In this document: positions 9,264 to 20,400 of the stretch, in pieces
Position numbering within the stretch: the stretch's first letter is position 1
Layout of the letters: each line of letters starts with the position of its first letter
Origin: Nitrosarchaeum sp.
GTDB lineage: Archaea; Thermoproteota; Nitrososphaeria; Nitrososphaerales; Nitrosopumilaceae
Assembly (NCBI GenBank): GCA_965223865.1
Contig: OZ245020.1
Coordinates: 1,696,001 to 1,760,000 of the forward strand
Reading direction: 5' to 3'
Length of the DNA stretch: 64,000 nucleotides
Made by a program: the position numbers and the translations under genes
Notes under the pieces: generated by a model
What the model was told of the DNA's origin: nothing
Database searches by the model: none
The model's input: the letters and a program-made list of their open reading frames with translations, nothing else

Positions 9264-10827
9264 ATTTGAAAACGAATTCACATGGGGAAAAGCAGTTTCT
9301 ACAAATTCTAATCAAGAATTCCACGAAAAATTTGAAAAAGGTCTTGATGAGGCAAAAAAAGAACTTGGAAAAAAACATCCTATTGTTATCAATGGCAAGG
9401 AAATTTATTCTGACAACAATTTTTCTGTAAATTCTCCTTCAGACACACGAATAAAAATTGCAGATTTTCCAAAATCTACTATTTCTGATACGGAAAATGC
9501 CATCTCAAGTGCAAAAAATACGTTTGATGAATGGAGTAATTTCCCATTTCAAAAGCGAGTTGAAATATTCAGAAAATGTGCAGATTACTTTTCATCAAAA
9601 AAATTTTTCCTGGCAGCCATCATGACTTTTGAGAACGGAAAGAATCGTTTTGAAGCTATGGGTGATGTTGATGAGGCAATTGATTTTATGCGATTCTATG
9701 CATATCAAATGGAAGAAAATAATGGTTTTTGCAAACAGACCTATCATCCAAACCCACACGAAAAGACTCAGACAATCATGAAGCCTTATGGTGTATGGGG
9801 AATAATCTCGCCGTTTAATTTTCCTTCAGCAATAGCAATTGGAATGACAACGGGTGCATTAATTACTGGAAATACTGCTGTTTTGAAACCTGCTAGTGAT
9901 ACTCCTCTGTCTTCATTTTATTTTGTCAAATACTTGTTTTCTAAAATTCCTGATGGGGCATTAAATTTTGTCACTGGTTCTGGAAGTGTGGTGGGAAAAA
10001 CTTTGATTGGGAGTAATGATGTTGATGGCATTGCATTTACTGGTTCAAGGGAAGTAGGCATGCATGGATTTCAAGAATTCACAAAAACCACAACAAAACC
10101 CTTCATTTCTGAAATGGGTGGAAAAAATCCTGTCATCGTTACAAAAAATGCTGATCTGGAAAAGGCAGTAAATGGTGTTATGAATGCAGCATTTGGATAT
10201 GGCGGTCAAAAATGTAGTGCATGCTCTAGAGTTTACATCCAAAACGAAATTGCAGAAAAATTCATTGAAAAGTTAGTTCAAAGAACAAAAAAGATCAAAG
10301 TTGGCATGCCCTGGGAAAAAGATGTTTTTCTTGGCCCAATAATTAACTCAGATGCAAAATCAAAATTTGAAAATGCTTCTGATCTAGCAAAAAAAGATGG
10401 TCATGTGCTGACTGGTGGCTCTGTCATTAAAACAGAACAGCTTGAAAATGGTTATTTTGTGGAACCTACAATAGTTGAAAAATTACCTGAGGAACACCAG
10501 TTAATGAAAGAAGAATTGTTCTTGCCCTTTTTGTGTATCCAAAGATATGATGATTTTGATGAGGCACTAAAACTTGCAAACAAATCTGAATATGGATTGA
10601 CTGCAGGGATTTTTTCAGAAGATAAAAAACAACTAGATGACTTTTTTTCAAAAATCCATTCAGGAGTAGTATATGCTAACCGTTCTGCTAGCGCAACAAC
10701 TGCTGCACTGGTATCTAGTCAGCCTTTTGTTGGCTGGAAGCACTCAGGAACTACTGGAAAAGGAGCTGGAGGGGGAAACTATTTACAACAATTTTTGAGA
10801 ACTCAAACTCAAACTCGGTGTGATTGA
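9256..10827 (+). CDS. 1-pyrroline-5-carboxylate dehydrogenase (RocA/PruA-type ALDH)
   Basis: EAIDF, ISPFNFP, FTGS, EMGGKN, GQKCSACSR, QPFVGWKHSG; adjacent to a proline dehydrogenase. Confidence 0.88.
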   Translation: MTEFENEFTWGKAVSTNSNQEFHEKFEKGLDEAKKELGKKHPIVINGKEIYSDNNFSVNSPSDTRIKIADFPKSTISDTENAISSAKNTFDEWSNFPFQKRVEIFRKCADYFSSKKFFLAAIMTFENGKNRFEAMGDVDEAIDFMRFYAYQMEENNGFCKQTYHPNPHEKTQTIMKPYGVWGIISPFNFPSAIAIGMTTGALITGNTAVLKPASDTPLSSFYFVKYLFSKIPDGALNFVTGSGSVVGKTLIGSNDVDGIAFTGSREVGMHGFQEFTKTTTKPFISEMGGKNPVIVTKNADLEKAVNGVMNAAFGYGGQKCSACSRVYIQNEIAEKFIEKLVQRTKKIKVGMPWEKDVFLGPIINSDAKSKFENASDLAKKDGHVLTGGSVIKTEQLENGYFVEPTIVEKLPEEHQLMKEELFLPFLCIQRYDDFDEALKLANKSEYGLTAGIFSEDKKQLDDFFSKIHSGVVYANRSASATTAALVSSQPFVGWKHSGTTGKGAGGGNYLQQFLRTQTQTRCD

Positions 10828-11669
10828 ATTAAAGAGCTTCCAAGTAACAAGATGTTTCTCTTTCTTTCTTTGATTCTTCTAATAGAATATGCAAACCAAT
10901 TTGTTCCATACGGAATATAGTCTGAAACAATAAATCCATTTTTTACAAGATCTGGTTTGAGCTCTTCTCTAATTCCTTTAAGAAACTCAAATTCAAATTT
11001 TCTTGGATATTTTTTTGATAATGCCATTGCTTTTTTTAAGATGTGATTGTCATGGGATGCAATCGCAAATTCATTACTTTTTTTGAATAATATTGTCATT
11101 AATTTAATGTAATTTTTATCAACATCTTCTCTAGTCCTAAAGGATATGCTTGGTTTTTCTCTATATGCTCCCTTTACAAGACGAATTTTGGCACCAATTC
11201 CTATTAGATGGTTTAGATCATCTTCAGTTCTTTTGAGATTTGCTTGCAAAGCAATTCCTAATCTTTCATATTTTGAAAAAAATGAGCTATACAACTCAAT
11301 TGTTTCATCAGTGTGTTCTGATGACTCCATATCAAGCCAAATAAACACATGTGCATCACCCATCTTTTGAATAATTTCTTCTAAACTTTTGTAACATTGT
11401 TTTTGACTAATTGATAATCCTATTTGTGTGGGTTTTACAGAAATTGCACCTCTAATCTTCCATTTTCTAAAAGAATTGGCAATTATCTGATATTCATTAA
11501 TTGAATTTTGAACTTGTTTTTTTGTCGTATGATATTCTCCTAATTTGTTGATGATTGCATGTCTTCCCATCTGATATGCATTTTTAGCTGATGATAATGC
11601 ATCATCAATTGTATCTCCTGCAATCCATTTTTTTGCGATTTTAAACAAAAATTTTTCCATTAGTTGCAT
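10809..11669 (-). CDS. monofunctional proline dehydrogenase
   Basis: WIAGDTI, SVKPTQIG, LDME, QANL, RLVKGAYRE, IASHD, YIPYG..WFAYSIRR. Confidence 0.93.
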   Translation of the reverse strand: MQLMEKFLFKIAKKWIAGDTIDDALSSAKNAYQMGRHAIINKLGEYHTTKKQVQNSINEYQIIANSFRKWKIRGAISVKPTQIGLSISQKQCYKSLEEIIQKMGDAHVFIWLDMESSEHTDETIELYSSFFSKYERLGIALQANLKRTEDDLNHLIGIGAKIRLVKGAYREKPSISFRTREDVDKNYIKLMTILFKKSNEFAIASHDNHILKKAMALSKKYPRKFEFEFLKGIREELKPDLVKNGFIVSDYIPYGTNWFAYSIRRIKERKRNILLLGSSLIQSHRV

Positions 11670-11856
11670 TTTTTTCTATTATTTCTTGGTTACAACAAGA
11701 AAAAATAATTTTCATACTTGGTCATTACTCGCTAAATAGTATTTTGCCTGCAAACCTACCATATTTTGATCGATTTTTGTCAAAAATACTGATTTAAGGT
11801 CAAATTTCAGGCATAGAATAAAGTTTTTATGTAAAAATTCGTGGAGGATAGCTAAC

Positions 11857-12024
11857 ATGAGTAGTAAGAAAAAGTCAGCGCCACTCCCAGCATCAAGCGG
11901 AGGTCTTATGCGTTTCTTTGAAGACGAAACAAAAGGATTCAAAGTTGATCCTAAAATTGTAATTTCAGTTCCAATTAGCTTAATTGCAATCTCATGGGCA
12001 ATTGAGATCTTCCTAACTCCGTGA
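11857..12024 (+). CDS. secG: preprotein translocase subunit Sec61-beta (not in ORF track)
   Basis: MSSKKKSAPLPASSGGLMRFFEDETKGFKVDPKIVISVPISLIAISWAIEIFLTP*; GL.RFF..E..G.K.DP plus one TM; GGAGG upstream. Confidence 0.92.
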   Translation: MSSKKKSAPLPASSGGLMRFFEDETKGFKVDPKIVISVPISLIAISWAIEIFLTP

Positions 12025-12033
12025 TAAAAAAAA

Positions 12034-13773
12034 ATGGAAAAACATTCAGACGATGTTTCAAATATACACAACAGGTTTTCCCTTACACTCATCAATCCAT
12101 CATCACATTACTTTTCCCTAGTTGCATCCCTAATTATTGCAGCAGTAATTACAGTTACAACCTATTTAGGATATCTTGGATCAGAAGAGTTCCTGTTTAG
12201 AATTCCTCTAGTGGTAGGTGTTTTAGCAGTAACGCAGTTAATTGATACTAGATTTACAAAAAAGAAAGAATATTCCAAATCACTTCATGCATCCCTTTTT
12301 GGAAATATGTTATGGATAGTAACTCTACTTATGGGATTGTTAGCAAGTTTTGTTTTATCTAAAGAAGCATCTTTGTTTTTTGTTACATTTGGAATGATAT
12401 TGTTTGCAAGTTTTAGAATAGGAATTTTCACAACCACTCTAGGAGCTAGTATCAAAAAGGCATGGGCCATTTGTTTTGTGCAACCACTTGCAATGTTTTT
12501 AGTGTTAATTCCACAAGAAATGTGGGTAATCACTCTTACAGATCCAATATCATTAGGGTATGGATTAGCATTTTTGATAATTGCAAGTGTTTGGTCGATA
12601 TTGACAGATAGAGCAGGAAGACCAGGAATGGAAAGTACACATAAAACAATTCAGGCATATTTAGCTTCACAAGGAAATGACTTTACTGAAGCTGAAGAAA
12701 TAATGGAACAGCGTTCAAGTAAAACCAAAGTATCCACATCTCAAATTAGATTACTATCATCAAAAGGAGATAAAGAATTTAGGATGGTTTTGCCAGAAAT
12801 TCATCCTGGACCATACCATCCGGTAGGAGGAAGCAACATACCTTATCTAATTTACAAAAACCTGGATTCTTCAGCCATGGTCATGCATAGCATATCAGAC
12901 CATGCATTAAATTTACCATCAAAAAATGAGGTAGAAAATTATCTAAAAAATCTAGGAAGTAGTAGTGTAAAAGAAGAAGGGCTTGTTTGCACAGAACCAG
13001 TAACAGTTCAAATTAACAAAGCAAGGGTAATTGGATTGTTATTTGGAAATAACCCATTATTGTTTTTGTCACTTTCACCTCACGGAATGGAAGATATTCC
13101 AAGTTACATGAAAACAGAAATTGAACAATATGCAAAAAATAGAAATTATAAAAGAACTTTGATTGTTGATTGCCACAATGCAATGGGTCCTGAAATTTCT
13201 AAAGAAGACGGCGAAGACATGTTAAAGGCAGCAAAGTCTTGTCTAGACTCATTAATAACAAAAGAGAACTATCCAATTGAATTTGGATATGCAAATTCGG
13301 ATGATATGGATGTCTGGACTGAAGATTTAGGAATGGGAGGTCTCGGAATAGTATGCCTGGTAATAAATGGTAAAAAGTATTTCATTGGATGGGCAGATGC
13401 AAATAATATGGAAAATGGAGTTAGGGAAAAAATCATCGAAAATTTTGCAAAAAGAGATTACAATCTACTAGAGATTTGTACATCAGATACACATTATGCT
13501 CCAGTAAAGGCTCGAAACAAAAATGGTTACTATCAACTAGGTTTGATTACAGGAGCTGAAAAATTATCAAAGTGGTTTTTCGACATTACCAAACAAGCTG
13601 AAACAAGCACTACTTCTGCAAAGTATGAAATTCTAGAAAATCATACGGATGTAAAAATCATGGGACAGGGAATATTTGAGGATTATTCTAAGGCACTTGA
13701 TAATTCCTTGAAAATAACAAAAGGATTTTTGATTGGTGGAGTATGTCTATTCATTTCTAGTTTGTTTTTATAG
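12034..13773 (+). CDS. DUF2070 family membrane protein
   Basis: N-terminal TM bundle; IHPGP, DCHN, DANN, TSDTH motifs; follows Sec61-beta as is usual in archaea. Confidence 0.85.
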   Translation: MEKHSDDVSNIHNRFSLTLINPSSHYFSLVASLIIAAVITVTTYLGYLGSEEFLFRIPLVVGVLAVTQLIDTRFTKKKEYSKSLHASLFGNMLWIVTLLMGLLASFVLSKEASLFFVTFGMILFASFRIGIFTTTLGASIKKAWAICFVQPLAMFLVLIPQEMWVITLTDPISLGYGLAFLIIASVWSILTDRAGRPGMESTHKTIQAYLASQGNDFTEAEEIMEQRSSKTKVSTSQIRLLSSKGDKEFRMVLPEIHPGPYHPVGGSNIPYLIYKNLDSSAMVMHSISDHALNLPSKNEVENYLKNLGSSSVKEEGLVCTEPVTVQINKARVIGLLFGNNPLLFLSLSPHGMEDIPSYMKTEIEQYAKNRNYKRTLIVDCHNAMGPEISKEDGEDMLKAAKSCLDSLITKENYPIEFGYANSDDMDVWTEDLGMGGLGIVCLVINGKKYFIGWADANNMENGVREKIIENFAKRDYNLLEICTSDTHYAPVKARNKNGYYQLGLITGAEKLSKWFFDITKQAETSTTSAKYEILENHTDVKIMGQGIFEDYSKALDNSLKITKGFLIGGVCLFISSLFL

Positions 13774-14398
13774 TCTTCATCTGATCAAGGTTTCCATAAA
13801 ATTCATCAACAAAAGAGGAGAATTGAAAAATTGGGACTATAGGAACGTTATCAATAAAATTAACTTTGTCTTGATACAAAGTAACAATTACAGGAACAGC
13901 TATTGCATTTTGAGTTTTTGAAACATACTGTTTTGTTCTCTCTATTTGCTTTTTTACAGCCTCATTCAAGGCAGAAGAACTGTATCGTTTCCAATGTTTG
14001 CAATCAATTAGCATAGCTACTCCTAAACGTACGCCAATCATATCTATTTCCATTCTAGGTTTGGTTAGAATTTGATTTTTTATAACTGCAAAATCCTTTG
14101 AAAGAAGAATTTCAGCTACCAAGCCTTCAAAATCGCGCCAATCCAACATAATAGAAATTTCATCAATGGGAGAACCATTTTGAAGTAATTTGATTGCTAG
14201 CTTTAGTTTGTCACCGGGTTCAAAAAAATAACTTCCTTCTGTTTTTGTTCCAATTCCATTTTTTATAAATTCATCTAACATTTTTTTTGAAACATTCTCA
14301 GATTTTTTTGTAATTGCTGAAAAATCTTGTAACGATATTCCTCCAGGAATGATTCCTCGTAATGATTCAACCATGTTTGTAGAAAATTTCAATCTCAT
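13757..14398 (-). CDS. PD-(D/E)xK restriction endonuclease-like (Mrr-cat) protein
   Basis: WRDFEGLVAEIL, EIDMIG, IDCKHW. Confidence 0.8.
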   Translation of the reverse strand: MRLKFSTNMVESLRGIIPGGISLQDFSAITKKSENVSKKMLDEFIKNGIGTKTEGSYFFEPGDKLKLAIKLLQNGSPIDEISIMLDWRDFEGLVAEILLSKDFAVIKNQILTKPRMEIDMIGVRLGVAMLIDCKHWKRYSSSALNEAVKKQIERTKQYVSKTQNAIAVPVIVTLYQDKVNFIDNVPIVPIFQFSSFVDEFYGNLDQMKTIKTN

Positions 14399-14502
14399 TT
14401 TGTTTTGTTTACAAGTAGATATAGGTCTTGACGGTTATTAGACGAGGTTATAATGAAATACAAGCAGAATAGATTTTATTACTTACATGGAAAAATATCA
14501 AC

Positions 14503-16977
14503 ATGAAATCATTGCTAGTAATTATACTAGCTCTTTCATTTGCAACTTTGATTTCCGCCGAAGTATTTGGGGAAAAAGTTACTTTTGTTGATAATGTAAA
14601 ATTTATTCAATATTTAGATGAGAATACAGCATTAGAGGAAGTAAGAAATGGAAATCTGGACATTTATTACTATAAAATTTCTTCAGACAGGTTAGAAAAT
14701 TCAGAGTCTAGAAAAGGATTACAAGTTTTTGATTCCACTGGCGGGTCTTATAGCATTTTAGTTAATCCAGCACAAACAGAAAGTTTTAATCCATTTTCAG
14801 AAAGAGAGGCAAGGTTTGCCCTAAATTATCTAGTAGATAAGAAATTAATCGTAAATGAATTGATGGGAGGTTTTGGTGCACCTATGACAACATACTATGG
14901 TCCTTCGGATCCTGAATATCTTACAATTATAGAGCAGTTAGAGGAATTTAATTTCAGATACAATCCTTTGCTTGCTGAACAATTGATTTCAGAGACGTTA
15001 AACAAGAAAGGAGCGATAAAAAGGGACGGCAAATGGTTCATTAATGAAAGCCCCATAGAAATTATTATTTTTATCAGAAATGACGATCCAGTTAGAAAAT
15101 CAATTGGAGAGATTTTAGCCTCAGAATTGCAGAAAATAGGTTTTGAAGTAAAGAAGGAATTCGGAGATTTGAATAAGGCTTTTGTGATAGTTTATGGTTC
15201 CAATCCTGCTGATTTGAAGTGGAATATTTACACGGAAGGATGGGGAAGATCAGCTTTTGTAAAATATGATTCTGTAGGATTAGCTCAAATGTATTCTCCG
15301 TGGTTCTCAAATATGCCAGGATTCAATGATCCATCCTATTGGAATTACAAAAATGACTATATTGATTCTATAACACAGAAAATCTATACAGGAGATTTTA
15401 ATTCAGCAGAACAAAGGAACGGTTTGATTCAAGATGCTGTAAAGGAAGGAATTAGAGAATCTGTAAGAATTTTTCTTGCAAGTAAAATTGATCAATATGT
15501 AGCAAATGAAAAAATTAGTGGGATTGTAAATGACTTTGGTGCAGGAGTTCCTAGTAGGTTTACACCAATTAATGCAAAAAATGATAACGGCGAATTAGTT
15601 ATTGGTGTAAAACAAATCTATCAAGGTGCGTGGAATCCAGTAATGGGTCTGAGTGATACGTACAGTAGACAAATTTGGGGAATAGTTTCTGATCCTGTTA
15701 CATTCAAACATCCTTTTTCAGGTGAAACTTTTCCTGTAAGAGCCAATTGGGATGTAGAAACAGTTGGCCCACTTGATAAGATGGATTTACCAAAGGGTAT
15801 AAAGATATGGGATGCTAAAAACAAAAAATGGAAGACGGTAAAAGACGACACTCAATCGATTAGTAAAGTAACCTTTGATTTTGAATTTGCTAATTGGCAT
15901 AATGGTCAAATGATGGATATGAATGATATTTTGTATTCATTGTATTTTACAATAGAATGGGGAACTCAGACTGATGAAAATGACAAAACCTTTGATACAG
16001 AATTTACTCCCAGAGCAGCTCAAATAGTTCAGACAATCAAAGGAATCAAACTAATTGATAAGGATACCATTGAAGTGTATGTAGATTATTGGCATTTTGA
16101 TGATGGAGAAATTGCAGATTGGGCATCTCTATGGAGTACAGTACCCTGGGAAATTTCAATAGCAATGGAACAGGCAGTGATTGATGGCAAAATATCATAC
16201 TCTAGATCTGGGGCTACAAGTAAAAATGTCAACTGGGCATCACTGATTATTCCAAAAGATGCAAATCTAATTCAAGAATATTTGGAGAAATTAAAAGAAC
16301 AAAAACATATTCCATATTCACTTCAAGAATTTGAAGAAAGTTTTGAATATTTTGATTCTAGATATAATGCATCGATAAAATGGATTGAAGATAAAAATCA
16401 CGCAGTAATAAGCAATGGACCGTTTTTCTTAGAATCATATTCACCTGAATCAAGAACAATCACAGTTAACAGTTTTGACGACAAAACCTATCCATTTGCT
16501 TTAGGGCATTGGTCTGAATTTGGAAATACAGAATTTCCAAAAATCTCAAATGTAATAACACCGGATATCATCAATAAAAATTCAGAATTTGCTGCAAAAA
16601 TTGAAACAGTAAATGCCGATTCTATACTTTATTTTCTATCAGATAGTAAAGGAAACATCATTTCATCAGAATTGATCAAAGTAAACTCAACTGCAACAGA
16701 CATTAGTTTCACTGAAGATACATTAGCAAATCTCGATGTAGGTAGCAACAACTTTAAGATATTTGCAATTTCTGAAAAGGTATTAAAACCTGATTATTAT
16801 TCAACAAGCTTTTTGGTAACAGATAATACAGAAAAATTACCAGATGTAAACTATGACAAAGTATTATTTGAAAAAGATGAGTTGACCAATTTAGCATTAA
16901 TTCTAATTCCTATAGCAGTACTCATTCCAACCATATTAATTATCAAAAAAAGAAAAGATAGTCAAGTTAAACCGTAA
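14503..16977 (+). CDS. ABC transporter substrate-binding protein (family 5, peptide-type), membrane anchored
   Basis: Signal peptide, NPF..REARFALNY, WHNG, SNGPF.LESY, C-terminal TM plus basic tail. Confidence 0.85.
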   Translation: MKSLLVIILALSFATLISAEVFGEKVTFVDNVKFIQYLDENTALEEVRNGNLDIYYYKISSDRLENSESRKGLQVFDSTGGSYSILVNPAQTESFNPFSEREARFALNYLVDKKLIVNELMGGFGAPMTTYYGPSDPEYLTIIEQLEEFNFRYNPLLAEQLISETLNKKGAIKRDGKWFINESPIEIIIFIRNDDPVRKSIGEILASELQKIGFEVKKEFGDLNKAFVIVYGSNPADLKWNIYTEGWGRSAFVKYDSVGLAQMYSPWFSNMPGFNDPSYWNYKNDYIDSITQKIYTGDFNSAEQRNGLIQDAVKEGIRESVRIFLASKIDQYVANEKISGIVNDFGAGVPSRFTPINAKNDNGELVIGVKQIYQGAWNPVMGLSDTYSRQIWGIVSDPVTFKHPFSGETFPVRANWDVETVGPLDKMDLPKGIKIWDAKNKKWKTVKDDTQSISKVTFDFEFANWHNGQMMDMNDILYSLYFTIEWGTQTDENDKTFDTEFTPRAAQIVQTIKGIKLIDKDTIEVYVDYWHFDDGEIADWASLWSTVPWEISIAMEQAVIDGKISYSRSGATSKNVNWASLIIPKDANLIQEYLEKLKEQKHIPYSLQEFEESFEYFDSRYNASIKWIEDKNHAVISNGPFFLESYSPESRTITVNSFDDKTYPFALGHWSEFGNTEFPKISNVITPDIINKNSEFAAKIETVNADSILYFLSDSKGNIISSELIKVNSTATDISFTEDTLANLDVGSNNFKIFAISEKVLKPDYYSTSFLVTDNTEKLPDVNYDKVLFEKDELTNLALILIPIAVLIPTILIIKKRKDSQVKP

Positions 16978-17453
16978 TCGTTGAGAATTTCATCAACTTG
17001 TAACTCTGAATTCATTTTGGAGTATTCATCTAAAAGATTCCGATTAAGCTCATAAAATGTATGACCCCATTTGAATTTGTCAAGTAATTCAAGTGCTTCT
17101 TTTTTGAAACCTAGGATATACATAGCACCAGAAATAGCCTCAGCAGTTGTAAGCTTGTTGAGTTTAGCATAGTTTACAGGATTACCTGCCAACAAAGGAG
17201 GTAATTTTCTTTTTATTCCACCAAATTTTTTAGAAAATGCTTTTTCTGCTAAATTCCAAGAGCAATCAATCCCAACTATCGAGTTAATCAAGGGTCTATC
17301 TTTAGGAAGTAGAAAGTGCTCTGAAAAAGGGTCTAAAACCAAACTGGCAGAAGATATTTTTTTAATGCTTTTTACAAGTCCGAATTTTACCATTTTTGCA
17401 GCAGTACATTTCTTTGGATCATCCTGATAAAACATCAATACTTGAAGTTTCAT
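16962..17453 (-). CDS. tsr3: 16S rRNA aminocarboxypropyltransferase Tsr3 (DUF367)
   Basis: DDPKKCT, IDCSW, LPPLLAGNPVNY, FKWGHTF. Confidence 0.93.
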   Translation of the reverse strand: MKLQVLMFYQDDPKKCTAAKMVKFGLVKSIKKISSASLVLDPFSEHFLLPKDRPLINSIVGIDCSWNLAEKAFSKKFGGIKRKLPPLLAGNPVNYAKLNKLTTAEAISGAMYILGFKKEALELLDKFKWGHTFYELNRNLLDEYSKMNSELQVDEILNDYGLT

Positions 17454-17484
17454 GAGATAACAAACTACAAAGAGTATTTTGAAT

Positions 17485-20400
17485 TTACTCTAGTGTTTTG
17501 TAATTTACCTTATAATAAAATCTAGATACTTGATCTTCTTTCACTATATCAACATTCCATGTTGAATCAGGTAAAAACACATCAGAGGATTCTGGCAGAA
17601 TATCAAATTTTTCCAAACGTACATCTTGACCACTGTATCTTATTTTTAGATTCATTCCATCAATCATAAATACATCATAGATTTGCCCGGGTTTTCTAGT
17701 TGATTCTTTTACAAGGCATTCAATTTCAGGTCCTATAATGCAAACACCAGATTCAGAAGTGATTCTGAGATTAACATCTTTTTGATCCTCCTTTGATGTA
17801 AGCAAAGAACCAGTAATTACTCTTGGTACAAGTTCATGTTCATCAATTGTTTTTTGTTCAGTAATAATTGATATTTGAGATTCTGAAATCCTATTTTGCT
17901 TTTCAATTACAGTAGATGGGAATTTTGTTGTGGGTTTTTCAACAACATCAAATGTTATAGATTTTGCTTCAAAATCAGCATCAACTGTCATTTCGTAGGT
18001 TCCAAGGCCTGAAGAAGAATCAGGTATCAGAAATTGGTATGTAAAGGAACCAGATGGGCTGGGTCTTATTGTGGTTACTTCTCCAATATGCACACCACAG
18101 AAGAATGAACCGCAAGTGATGTCTGTTTCAGATTTTTTTATTACACTAACATCGAATTTTTCAAGATAGATCAGTTTGTTTGGTTTTCCAGACAGAACAA
18201 CCACGTCACCTGGATGGTATTGAGTTTTGTCAGTTGAAAGTAATAAAGAAACCGGTTCATCAGAACCAAACAAGAAGTCATTTGCGACAGTAAAAGTAGA
18301 TTCTACTTTTTTATTTTTATACAATGCTTGTACTTTGTATTCACCCTCGGAAAATATTGTAGGAGGCAATTCAAACAAACTTTCGAATTGACCACCTTGT
18401 TTTGGATAAATCTGAGCTTCGTGAATTTGCTCATATGGGAATGTACCATCAAGAACTCTCAAGGTGACACGGTCAGGAATAACTAAACCTTCGCTTCCCT
18501 GTTCTCGGGTAATGAGGTTTCCTATTACCTTTAATTTTTCACCTGCTTGATATAGAGATTTTTCTGTTGAAATAAAGAGAGGGCTTGCATCAAGAGAATC
18601 ATGTTCTGGATTTGAAGAAACCTTGAAGAAAATATTTTTTCCATAACTATCAGTTGAAACCTTTATTTTATAAATTCCATAATTTGATTTTGAGACAGAG
18701 CGGTCATCGATAGATTTTACGGTTGTTGGTTTTTCAGATATTGGGGTTTTCCAAGTCCAAGTGAATTGTTGTTGATCAACAGTGGCACCGGACTTAATTT
18801 TACTTCCGTCGGGTTTAGTAAGAGAGATGGTTACAGCATTATCACCAGAGGGTGGAATAATGCCACTTAGAACTAGGGTTTCACCCAATCCAAAAATTTC
18901 TTTATTTAATGAAATAGAAACACCATTACTTAGTTTTAATGGATCAATTATTCCCACAGTAATTGTTTTTTTCAAGTCCAAATATTTTGCTTCAATCACA
19001 TAGTTTCCTTCTTGGAAGATATTCTTTGCAATATGTGTTTGAATTGAAAAACTACCTGATGAAGTAGGAACTGCAGTGAACTCATAAGATACAGCTACAC
19101 CATCTCGGTGTCTTGTTTGTGCACCATCAGGCAATGCAATTATCTGTAGAGGAGTACCATCTTCATTTGATATAGAGATAGTTACAACATCAGTTTCAAA
19201 GCTTGAACGGCTAGAGGGATTTTCAATGAATCCACTAACCATTAACGTTTCACCTAGATTGTAAACCGATTTTGATGTAGAAATTGTTAGAGGCTCTTCA
19301 GATTTTATAAAGTCCTCAGGATTGGAAACAGCATGAATCGTAACTGAAGATGTGCCTATTTCTTTAGAGACTGTAATTTTATAGTCACCTAATCGTAATT
19401 CATTATCAGGAATTTTAAAAGAATATGAAAAAGAACCATCACCTTGAATTTCTAAACTATCTAAAATTTTATACCCAGAATCACTTCCGCCAGAACTTAG
19501 GGCAATATTTTTAGTTTGAATAATTTCCAAATCTAATGAGCTTATCCAGATATTGTTTAGTCGGCCAGTTATTTCAACAATATTTCCCAGTCCATAAGCC
19601 TCCTTATCAGTCCATAAAGAAATGGGTTTATCTTCTTTGAAATCCTCAATCACTTCAAAAGTAGTATTGGCAGAAATATCAGAATATTCACCAATTATCT
19701 CATAAGTTCCATAAACAGGATTTACCGTAGTTAGAAATACAGTTGTAATGAATTTTCCATCAGTTGGAAACAAATTACCACTTGAAATCACATTCCCCAA
19801 AGGATCTTTAATGTTAAAGTTGAGACCTTCAAAGGGAATAATTTCAGTAGTAATTCCGGTAAGAGTAATTGTTTGACCTGGAATATATTGAGATTTATCT
19901 GTAACAAGACTTAGTTCAGAGGATTCAGATATTTGTTCAACTAAAACTTCATCACCTACAGTAAAACTTGCTCGAGAGGTAGCATCTGCATAACTTACAG
20001 ATAAATCGTATGTGCCTTCATTTACTCCAAGAACTTGCTGTAGAGACATTGTTGTTTTAAAATTCAAATTCAGATCAGGATAGAGTTCAACAATCTTATG
20101 ATATTCAGGCCCGGAAATTGTCAGAATAATTTTTTCGGGTTGAAAATAAGGAGTAGTAATTACCACTTCTTCAGAAATACTGCCTGAAATAACTGCAGTT
20201 TGGCCAAACAAGTATGTTGGGCTATCAGTAGACAAAGTTACAGATACTCCTTCTTGTACTTCAGCTAAAGATTGTTGTCCATTTGTCGAACCAGCATTAG
20301 AAGTTTCAAATTTCCAATCAGTTACAGAATCAGTATCATAGCCATCGAAAATTCTTTGCCAAGAAAGAAAATTATTTTCTAAATCAGAGAATTTAGGAGT

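Noticed and set aside
11712-12095. 127-aa minus-strand ORF
   Set aside because: Antisense to the recognisable Sec61-beta gene
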